The notes beneath the pieces are model-generated. The model was not told the origin of the DNA, ran no database searches, and saw only the letters and a program-made list of their open reading frames with translations. Source: a virus. Taken from it: DNA of 5,526 bases. A program made the translations under genes and the position numbers. This document shows, in pieces, positions 1 through 4,958 of this stretch (within the stretch, counting starts at the first letter, position 1; each line of letters opens with the position of its first letter). The stretch is taken from IMG/VR virus record IMGVR_UViG_3300045988_004234, positions 1-5,526 of that record; one strand, given 5' to 3'.

Positions 1-79
1 CATAGATTTCCTTATTGAGAATAGCTTGCTCGCCGATGTTTGCCAGTACCGGCCAGTAGTAGTCATATCGTCCGGTGCG
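1..79. repeat. Terminal direct repeat, copy 1: assembly overlap marking a closed circular 5,447-nt genome
   Basis: Bases 1-79 (catagatttccttattgag...catatcgtccggtgcg) read identically to 5448-5526. The repeat lies inside the capsid reading frame, which continues seamlessly across the junction. Confidence 0.95.
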
Positions 80-1327
80 ACTCCACATGCGGTCGATACC
101 CTGCTGGTACGTCTGGTCAGTACGGACAACTGCCAGACCCATGATAAAGCCGTGTTCCGTAAAGGACTTAGTAAACATAGGTTTGTTCATTGTGGTCACA
201 CTCAGCGCCGCCGTGTTGCCCTGCGGGCTTGTGCTGTCGGTCGAAGAGGTCTGGATAACCTGTGACACGTTGATAGGTAGTCTGTAGCCTCCCAGATACT
301 CCGGAATTTGCATTCGGCTGTCGGGTGAGATAACTCCAAAGTGCTCTCTCAGAACTTCGCGGTATCTCGTGCCGCCTCGTGCGTCTTTTTCCAACAGTTT
401 CTGGATTTGGAAAGCCTGACGCAGCTGGTTGATGGTTGTTGCGTTTACGCTGCTGAGGTCTGCCATGAGGTAATGGTCTATTTCCTTCCCGTTTATTGCT
501 GGCGTGTCCGCTCCCTGTACTCTGTACGTTCCCACGTTTTGTGTGTACTGTAAGCCAAATTTTGCGTTGTAAGTATTTCCGTTCGCTGTGTATTGCCTTG
601 CGTATATGTCATTTTGACTCACTGTTTTAAGGTCGTCTTCGTATGGCAGCACAGGAGCATTTCCACTAAGAGGCAGAGCAATCGGTTCACCTTTCTGAGG
701 TTCTGGCAGCGCCCCGGTGTAGTAGTCAAACACCTTTGCGGCCTTAAGAGGCTTTGCCAAAGTGATGGCGCTGTCGTTGGTTTTGCTACCGTCGTTTTTG
801 CCGGTTGTGGTTGCGTCTGTCACCTCTACAAGCGTTGGTTGTGTGACGTTCTGGTTTCGAAACCACTCGTTGTAGATAAGGCCATAGGCTCGGCCCGGCA
901 GAGCGCTCACGCTGATGCCCTCAACCTTGGTCGGTAGCCCCAGATAGTCTGCAAGCGTACCCTCAGTCCATCCGCCTTTTGGTGCCGTCACCTGCGGGAT
1001 GCTGTACTCTGTTTTAGGCGTCCATGCGGTTTCTTTGTTTTCCCCCATAAACTCCTTCCAGTGTTCCCAGAGTAGCCGGTTGGGAACGAAGAAGAAGTAA
1101 AAGTCGCAGAAAGCGTTGTCCATCACAGGAAAGATTGGCGTTGCCATACGCATGACACAGGCCGTGTCGATTTCGTGCGTATCTCCGGGTAATCCCTCAT
1201 CCAGATAAATCGGGATGAGGTCGCCGGTGTTAAAGGTGGTTTTGTTGTCACTGTTGCGCTGAAATCTGCTTCGGCTCACTCCTACCTGTGGATTCTGTGC
1301 AAAGTTATATTCACTGTTGCGGTTCAC
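1..1327 (-). CDS. VP1: Major capsid protein VP1 (phiX174 F-like), N-terminal 442 codons; continues at 5447 by circular wrap
   Basis: The minus-strand frame is open from GTG at 1327-1325 to base 1 with no stop. AGGAGG lies at 1340-1335, 7 nt upstream, and the start forms a GTGA overlap with the VP3 stop. No ATG lies between the upstream in-frame TGA and this GTG. My translation is MNRNSEYNFAQNPQVGVSRSRFQRNSDNKTTFNTGDLIPIYLDEGLPGDTHEID...CDFYFFFVPNRLLWEHWKEFMGEN...INQLRQAFQIQKLLEKDARGGTRYREVLREHFGVISPDSRMQIPEYLGG...GIDRMWSRTGRYDYYWPVLANIGEQAILNKEIY. These are the conserved blocks of the Microviridae F/VP1 capsid family. It is absent from the ORF track only because it has no stop inside the window. 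Confidence 0.93.
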   Translation of the reverse strand, partial: MNRNSEYNFAQNPQVGVSRSRFQRNSDNKTTFNTGDLIPIYLDEGLPGDTHEIDTACVMRMATPIFPVMDNAFCDFYFFFVPNRLLWEHWKEFMGENKETAWTPKTEYSIPQVTAPKGGWTEGTLADYLGLPTKVEGISVSALPGRAYGLIYNEWFRNQNVTQPTLVEVTDATTTGKNDGSKTNDSAITLAKPLKAAKVFDYYTGALPEPQKGEPIALPLSGNAPVLPYEDDLKTVSQNDIYARQYTANGNTYNAKFGLQYTQNVGTYRVQGADTPAINGKEIDHYLMADLSSVNATTINQLRQAFQIQKLLEKDARGGTRYREVLREHFGVISPDSRMQIPEYLGGYRLPINVSQVIQTSSTDSTSPQGNTAALSVTTMNKPMFTKSFTEHGFIMGLAVVRTDQTYQQGIDRMWSRTGRYDYYWPVLANIGEQAILNKEIY

Positions 1328-1800
1328 TCTGCTCCCTCCTTTTTCTCTGTCGTGTTTTCAGCCGGCTTTTCTTCCTTCAGAAGGCCCATTTTATCGGCCC
1401 ATTCTATTGTGCCGTAGGCCATGACGTACTTTTCCACGTCGTTGTCCCATTTGTTTTTGACTTCGATAGGCAGCGCTTCAAACTGCTTTTTTGCGTCCTC
1501 TATGCGGTTGTACCATGTGTGATAGTCCGTTGGCACGTCGGTGATGTCCACCATCTGTGCACTGTTCTGCCATTCCTGGCCGCCCAGCGCCGTCGGGTCG
1601 TAGGTCGCCCGCTTGATAATGTTCTCGATTTTGGTTTCCTCTAGTCGGCTCTGGATGAGTGCATAGACGTCGTTTTCGCCGGTTTTTACCAGCTCCCTGC
1701 CGGTTTCGGTTACTTTGTACTCGTATTCGGGTTCGTGCCCGTTCCCGGTCAGACTCGTATGCCTCACGTGGCCGCTGTATGCGCTTCTGAACTCACTCAT
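1324..1800 (-). CDS. VP3: Internal scaffolding protein VP3 (gokushovirus type)
   Basis: From ATG 1800-1798 the product is MSEFRSAYSGHV...DAKKQFEALPIEVKNKWDNDVEKYV.... The N-terminal F-x-SAYS motif and the C-terminal F-x-x-LP...F/W-x-N block are typical of gokushovirus VP3. GAGGG lies 8 nt upstream of the ATG. The track's longer version starts at GTG 1815, which has no SD and is less likely. Stop TGA 1326-1324 overlaps the capsid GTG. Confidence 0.8.
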   Translation of the reverse strand: MSEFRSAYSGHVRHTSLTGNGHEPEYEYKVTETGRELVKTGENDVYALIQSRLEETKIENIIKRATYDPTALGGQEWQNSAQMVDITDVPTDYHTWYNRIEDAKKQFEALPIEVKNKWDNDVEKYVMAYGTIEWADKMGLLKEEKPAENTTEKKEGAE

Positions 1801-2035
1801 TTGGCTTGCCCTCACACACCAGCATTTTGGTGTTATCGATAATCTGGCCGGTTTCGTCCTCCATGGTGCAGATGTAGTACAGCTGGAAGTCCTCCGGCTT
1901 CATGCTGATAAAGCTGTCTTTGTTTTTCTGCTGGCTCTCAAAGAGTCTGCTTGCAACAGCGTCGTTCTGCTGCTCGAAAAGTCCGCTGTAGGACTTGGCG
2001 ACTTTGTCGTAGATTGCATAATAACGTTTGAGCAT
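1793..2035 (-). CDS. VP5: VP5-like small non-structural protein
   Basis: 80 aa, MLKRYYAIYDKVAKSYSGLFEQQNDAVASRLF...KPEDFQLYYICTMEDETGQI. This fits the pattern I recall for gokushovirus VP5/ORF5: Y-x-I/V-F/Y-D-x-K...Y...F...A-x-R-x-F...P-E/D-D-x-x-L...G. Its ATG overlaps the upstream TAA (TAATG) and its position just before VP3 is consistent. Confidence 0.65.
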   Translation of the reverse strand: MLKRYYAIYDKVAKSYSGLFEQQNDAVASRLFESQQKNKDSFISMKPEDFQLYYICTMEDETGQIIDNTKMLVCEGKPNE

Positions 2036-2154
2036 TACAGTCTGGTGCCTCCTCTCATGTTCTTCGGACTTACGTTAACGGCCTTGGTTTTCTTCGCCGT
2101 CTGGGTAAAGATTTTTTTGTCCTTACTGCTGGTCATTTTGGTACGTTTTGCCAT
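2035..2154 (-). CDS. Small highly basic DNA-binding/packaging protein (phiX174 J / gokushovirus ORF8-like)
   Basis: Hand-translated 39 aa: MAKRTKMTSSKDKKIFTQTAKKTKAVNVSPKNMRGGTRL. It has 12 K/R against 1 acidic residue and ends in the RGG-x-RL motif characteristic of microvirus DNA-binding proteins. AGGAGG lies 8 nt upstream of ATG 2154. It is below the ORF-track size cutoff. Confidence 0.75.
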   Translation of the reverse strand: MAKRTKMTSSKDKKIFTQTAKKTKAVNVSPKNMRGGTRL

Positions 2155-2221
2155 TGCTTTCGTCCTCCTTGTCGCGCAACGCGTGGTAAATCGCGTCCAG
2201 CTTTTCTAGAATCTCCATCAT
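2123..2221 (-). CDS. Possible 32-aa acidic ORF (hypothetical)
   Basis: ATGATG at 2221-2216 overlaps the TGA of the 78-aa ORF (ATGA coupling). The product is MMEILEKLDAIYHALRDKEDESNGKTYQNDQQ. It fills an otherwise non-coding gap in a compact genome, but it has no SD, is very short and overlaps the J-like start. Confidence 0.25.
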   Translation of the reverse strand: MMEILEKLDAIYHALRDKEDESNGKTYQNDQQ

Positions 2222-2454
2222 GATTTTGATGGCGTTTTTGACGTCTTTGATACTGATGATTGCCATTTGTTGAGTACCCTTTCTGCCATTTGGCTTTTGT
2301 ATTTGTATATTTCTTCTACGATGGCTTTCGCCTCATCTACAGTATACGCTTTTTTGAGTTGCCTGTAAAGTTTTTTGATGATGTATTCATATTCATCCTC
2401 TGTTTTTGGTCCTCTGTATCCTTTGTACAGCTGGTAGTATGCTCTGTTGTCCAT
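2218..2454 (-). CDS. Hypothetical protein, 78 aa (accessory, no family recognised)
   Basis: Track ORF MDNRAYYQLYKGYRGPKTEDEYEY.... AAGGAG lies 7 nt upstream of ATG 2454. It is on the same strand and tightly packed with its neighbours. Confidence 0.7.
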   Translation of the reverse strand: MDNRAYYQLYKGYRGPKTEDEYEYIIKKLYRQLKKAYTVDEAKAIVEEIYKYKSQMAERVLNKWQSSVSKTSKTPSKS

Positions 2455-2465
2455 TTTTGTCTCCT

Positions 2466-2642
2466 TTATATTATTTCGCAGTCTTCCCAGTCTTCATCGG
2501 TTTTTTCGATTCTTTGTAGTACCCAGTGCCACGAGTCTTCGATATACTTTCCTCGGATTTGGTAGGTGTATTTTCCTTTCTCCACTTTGTGTCCAGCTTC
2601 CAGATGGTTTAGTTCTTCTCTTGTAAATCTAGGCATTTTCAT
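2466..2642 (-). CDS. Hypothetical protein, 58 aa; first gene after the promoter
   Basis: Hand-translated: MKMPRFTREELNHLEAGHKVEKGKYTYQIRGKYIEDSWHWVLQRIEKTDEDWEDCEII, stop TAA 2468-2466. The RBS context is GAAAGGAAGGGATTAAA-ATG. It is just under the track size cutoff. Confidence 0.65.
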   Translation of the reverse strand: MKMPRFTREELNHLEAGHKVEKGKYTYQIRGKYIEDSWHWVLQRIEKTDEDWEDCEII

Positions 2643-2666
2643 TTTAATCCCTTCCTTTCTATGATT

Positions 2667-2695
2667 ATTTTATCATATTTTTTGAAAAAAGTCAA
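2667..2695 (-). promoter_or_regulatory. Sigma70-type promoter driving the minus-strand gene chain
   Basis: The minus strand reads TTGACT (2695-2690), a 17-nt spacer, then TAAAAT (2672-2667) preceded by TGA (TG-extended -10). An A/T-rich UP-like stretch lies upstream, and the promoter sits about 25 nt before the first RBS. Confidence 0.7.
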
Positions 2696-2708
2696 GGTTT
2701 TTTGAAAA
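2678..2708. repeat. Two copies of the 11-mer TTTTTTGAAAA bracketing the -35 hexamer (possible operator)
   Basis: Exact copies at 2678-2688 (inside the promoter spacer) and 2698-2708 (just upstream of -35), 20 bp apart centre to centre. Related TTGAAG copies lie at 2713-2718 and 2728-2733. Confidence 0.6.
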
Positions 2709-2733
2709 TAATTTGAAGAATTTTGTCTTGAAG

Positions 2734-2773
2734 GTCATGCGCTAGGCGCGGTGCGCCGTGCGAAGAGCATGAC
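2734..2773. other. GC-rich nested hairpin
   Basis: Outer stem GTCATGC (2734-2740) pairs with GCATGAC (2767-2773). Inner stem GGCGC (2745-2749) pairs with GCGCC (2753-2757) across a 3-nt loop. It forms a GC island in AT-rich surroundings. Confidence 0.6.
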
Positions 2774-2811
2774 GTAACTTTTCGGTTTCGCTCGTCGGAC
2801 TGCCTTTATTT

Positions 2812-2990
2812 GAGTTTTCAACACTTTCAACACTTTCAACAGGTTTTCCACAAAATGTTGCACAAAGACTTTTGTGCATATTGCTACACTTTCAACAATT
2901 CAACAAGTTTTCAACAAAGTTTTCAACAATGAGATTTGCTTATTTTTTACGTTGTTGCGTTACAAATTTATACTTTTCAACTTTTCAACA
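2812..2990 (+). repeat. Iteron array: 7 perfect and 2 one-mismatch copies of TTTCAACA, all in one orientation, in three clusters
   Basis: Perfect copies start at 2816, 2825, 2834 (9-bp tandem TTTCAACAC), 2890, 2909, 2921 (12-bp tandem AGTTTTCAACAA x2) and 2983. One-mismatch copies start at 2898 (ATTCAACA) and 2975 (TTTCAACT, part of the 8-bp tandem CTTTTCAA x2). Confidence 0.9.
2859..2878. other. Perfect 8-bp palindrome/hairpin between iteron clusters
   Basis: TGCACAAA (2859-2866), loop GACT, TTTGTGCA (2871-2878). Confidence 0.7.
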
Positions 2991-2994
2991 GCCC

Positions 2995-3016
2995 CTACTA
3001 CTACTACTACAACAAG
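2995..3016. repeat. Trinucleotide microsatellite (CTA)5 followed by (CAA)2
   Basis: ctactactactacta caacaa g read directly, immediately right of the last iteron. Confidence 0.9.
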
Positions 3017-3044
3017 TTATATATAATAGATTATGTTTGTAAAT

Positions 3045-3084
3045 ACACGTGCGTGCGTGCGCGTTTCGCGCGTGCGTGCGCGTG
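3045..3084. repeat. Two alternating purine-pyrimidine GC-rich tracts (Z-DNA-prone) forming an imperfect hairpin; contains a duplicated 14-mer
   Basis: 3045-3063 (acacgtgcgtgcgtgcgcg) and 3067-3084 (cgcgcgtgcgtgcgcgtg) alternate Pu/Py without a break and flank a TTT. GCGTGCGTGCGCGT occurs at 3051-3064 and 3070-3083. Folding 3046-3063 onto 3067-3084 gives 13 Watson-Crick plus 5 G-T pairs on the plus strand. Confidence 0.85.
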
Positions 3085-3107
3085 AGCGTAATTTAGCTTA
3101 TGATTTG

Positions 3108-3134
3108 CCTCGTACCTCGGTAGCCCCTACGAGG
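3108..3134. other. Hairpin, 7-bp stem
   Basis: CCTCGTA (3108-3114) pairs with TACGAGG (3128-3134) across a 13-nt loop. A competing CCCC (3124-3127) / GGGG (3133-3136) pairing is possible. Confidence 0.5.
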
Positions 3135-3145
3135 GGCGTATACGA

Positions 3146-3187
3146 AAGGGGTCTCCCGTGGCGACAGGAGACCCCTTCTTGTTTTTA
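3146..3187. terminator. Intrinsic-terminator-like hairpin, potentially bidirectional (the better U-tract is on the plus strand)
   Basis: Perfect 11-bp stem AAGGGGTCTCC (3146-3156) / GGAGACCCCTT (3167-3177) with a 10-nt loop. The plus strand continues CTTGTTTTTA. The minus strand continues only TCGTATACG, giving TTT when the last stem bases are counted. Confidence 0.6.
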
Positions 3188-3228
3188 TGATGCTCTTAAT
3201 TAGCCGTGGATAGCTGTGAAACTTGGGT

Positions 3229-3265
3229 GTGGGCCTAATCCTTATCTTGATAGGATTAGGCCCAC
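3229..3265. other. Perfect 14-bp hairpin with 9-nt loop, 5 nt downstream of the Rep stop codon
   Basis: GTGGGCCTAATCCT (3229-3242) pairs with AGGATTAGGCCCAC (3252-3265). The loop is TATCTTGAT. No U-tract follows on either strand, so it is not a canonical terminator. Confidence 0.85.
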
Positions 3266-3270
3266 TGACA

Positions 3271-4293
3271 CTATAACAGCCCTCTGGCTGTTCTAAACTT
3301 TTGCTGTTTTGTTGCTTCTTCCACCTTTGCCTCTTGTTCGATGGTTAGCCCTGTATTGCTCATTTTGAGCTTTAGCGCGTTGATTGCGCTTGATTGCCTT
3401 TTGCGTTTCGTTTCCCATAGGTCTTCCGGATGCTCACTTTCGTACTTTTTATCAAAGTACCTCGGTATCGGCCTTTTTTTGCCGTTAAAGTATAGTCCAT
3501 CATCTGCGTACATCTTCTCTTTGTGGCTCGTGTAGTAGTCGTAGCCTAAACCCGGATTCCTCGACATACAACAATAAGGCGGCGTTAAGCCTAGCTCCCT
3601 ATATCTTTTGTTGTCGTTTCCATATGTCTTTTTGGTGACGTATCCTGCCACATAAGCCATCGTTTCCGGTGACGCTTCTGCAATGATGACATTACCCATG
3701 CCCCAGATTTTGTCTATCTCTTCGCTTTCGAAGTACGGATTATCACCCCTTTTTTTCTTGAGGTCTGGAATTTCCAAACCATAATAAATGCCGTGGTGAT
3801 GCGGTCTGCCCGTGTTTTCGCCGTATTCGCCACAATAAAAATATCTTAGGTCTAAGCCCCATTTATCGGACGTTTCTTGCTTTTTGCGCAGTCTCTTGTT
3901 AAAGCGCACCATGTCTTCTTGTAGCAGTATTTGTACCACTTCCGGCGCGTCTCCGGTTGTCCACTGGTGTGTTGCACCTCTTATGATTTCGCCGGTTGCT
4001 CTTACCATGCCCGGCACGTACTCTTGATTCCAGGTCAGAGTTAAAAACCATACCGGTGACAGTGTTTTTGACTCCATCAGCATTCTTGTCTCCCAGTCTT
4101 GTCGCTGTCTGAGTCTGCATCCTAGACATTTGCCACATGGCAGTAACATCACGTCTGTCCTGTACGCGATACTCTCATACGTTGCTGTTGGATTGTGCGC
4201 TCTTTCGCGGTACGTCTCTAGGGTCATGATTGACCCTGTTATGTTATGGTCGTTTGGGTTGTATACCCTTATGAGTGGTCTTGCACAACTCAT
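3271..4293 (-). CDS. VP4: Replication initiation protein VP4 (HUH rolling-circle endonuclease, phiX174 A-like)
   Basis: The 340-aa track ORF carries CGKCLGC near the N-terminus, FLTLTW (motif 1), [11 protein letters not shown] (HUH motif) and [11 protein letters not shown] (Y-x-x-x-Y double-tyrosine catalytic motif). AGGAGG lies 9 nt upstream. There is an ATGA overlap with the VP2 stop. Confidence 0.93.
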   Translation of the reverse strand: MSCARPLIRVYNPNDHNITGSIMTLETYRERAHNPTATYESIAYRTDVMLLPCGKCLGCRLRQRQDWETRMLMESKTLSPVWFLTLTWNQEYVPGMVRATGEIIRGATHQWTTGDAPEVVQILLQEDMVRFNKRLRKKQETSDKWGLDLRYFYCGEYGENTGRPHHHGIYYGLEIPDLKKKRGDNPYFESEEIDKIWGMGNVIIAEASPETMAYVAGYVTKKTYGNDNKRYRELGLTPPYCCMSRNPGLGYDYYTSHKEKMYADDGLYFNGKKRPIPRYFDKKYESEHPEDLWETKRKRQSSAINALKLKMSNTGLTIEQEAKVEEATKQQKFRTARGLL

Positions 4294-4928
4294 TTAAAAC
4301 TGCCTCCTCTGCTCCCGCCGAAGCCGTCTTTATCTCTCTTGCCACTTGTTGCGGTTTGTTTGCCGCTGTTGTTGTTTTGGTTTAACCACTGACTTAAATC
4401 CGGAAAGTCCGTTTGATAGCTGTTGTAACCGCTGCTGTGTTGCTCTCCGTGCGAGTCTGTCCAAGACCAGCTTTCGGCTTTGGTCTTGCTGTAGTTTGCT
4501 ACTGTGCCGGAGATTGTCGGCATACTAGCTGATTGTGTCCCCACACTTGGCGCGCTTATAGAGCTTTGCCCGATTGAGCCTTGTGCCCCGCTCGGTGTGC
4601 TTGCGCCGCCCTGCTGATAGGCGAGTATAGGATTAAGCCCCGCTGCTTTCATGTCTGCCATAGCCCTTTGATAGCTCGTGTTACTCATGCGTTCCTGCCA
4701 TGCCCTGTTTGCGGCCGCCTCTGCTGAGTTGTAAGACATTGCTGCATCCTGCTGGATGCGATTATAAACGCCCTGCTGGATAGCTCCCAGAGTGTTTAAG
4801 CCCAGAGCCAAGAGGCTGTTCTTATCGTTTTGCTGACTCTGCATTCCCTGCGCTTGCTGGCTTTGCCCAAGAAAGTATTTTGCAAGCTCTTGCGTTTGTC
4901 CCATATTGACACCGCTTTCGCCGGTCAT
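4290..4928 (-). CDS. VP2: DNA pilot / minor capsid protein VP2 (phiX174 H-like)
   Basis: The 212-aa track ORF carries the conserved core [32 protein letters not shown] and a low-complexity Q/G/S-rich remainder. Neither ATG 4928 nor ATG 4904 has a recognisable SD, so the true start is uncertain (see findings). Confidence 0.85.
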   Translation of the reverse strand: MTGESGVNMGQTQELAKYFLGQSQQAQGMQSQQNDKNSLLALGLNTLGAIQQGVYNRIQQDAAMSYNSAEAAANRAWQERMSNTSYQRAMADMKAAGLNPILAYQQGGASTPSGAQGSIGQSSISAPSVGTQSASMPTISGTVANYSKTKAESWSWTDSHGEQHSSGYNSYQTDFPDLSQWLNQNNNSGKQTATSGKRDKDGFGGSRGGSFK

Positions 4929-4958
4929 TGTTGACCCGCTTGCGCCTGGGCTTGTCTG

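Noticed and set aside
26-937. Four plus-strand track ORFs (79, 70, 70, 114 aa)
   Set aside because: They lie antisense to the continuous, clearly homologous capsid frame. They start at TTG/GTG/ATG without an SD, have Cys/Val/Arg-rich junk-like composition, and microviruses transcribe one strand.
1-1327. Initial suspicion of stop-codon reassignment, because no long capsid ORF appears in the track
   Set aside because: Hand translation shows the standard-code frame is fully open. The ORF was omitted only because it lacks a stop within the linear window. TGA, TAG and TAA all terminate genes at sensible positions.
1288-2565. Plus-strand track ORFs of 118, 164 and 101 aa
   Set aside because: They lie antisense to VP3, VP5, the J-like gene and the small ORFs. 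They have hydrophobic low-complexity translations typical of the reverse strand of A-rich coding DNA, and they have no RBS (the 164-aa ORF starts at TTG).
2812-2990. CRISPR-like reading of the repeat array
   Set aside because: The units are only 8-12 bp and are partly directly tandem, with no regularly sized unique spacers. This is not CRISPR architecture.
2742-3042. Short ORFs inside the non-coding region: 45 aa on the minus strand (2879-2742) and 37 aa on the plus strand (2929-3042)
   Set aside because: Neither has an SD. The minus one lies upstream of the promoter, and both owe their openness and repetitive translations (VESVESVEN, LLLLL) to the iterons and the microsatellite.
3017-3047. 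dif/XerCD-like motif (ATAAT-AG-ATTATGTTTGTAAAT) that could mediate prophage integration, as in some gokushoviruses
   Set aside because: Only the TTATGT part resembles the XerD arm. The left arm does not match, and the spacer between the inverted ATAA/TTAT halves is too short for a 6-8 bp central region.
3205-3213. Second DnaA-box-like site (minus strand CTATCCACG)
   Set aside because: It matches only 7 of 9 positions of TTATCCACA and misses the relaxed consensus, so it is indistinguishable from chance.
3899-4138. 79-aa same-strand ORF overprinted in another frame of Rep (basic, R-rich)
   Set aside because: Microviruses do overprint genes, so I considered it. There is no SD upstream of ATG 4138, the size is within chance expectation for an alternative frame, and no motif is recognisable. 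I could only revisit it with conservation data.
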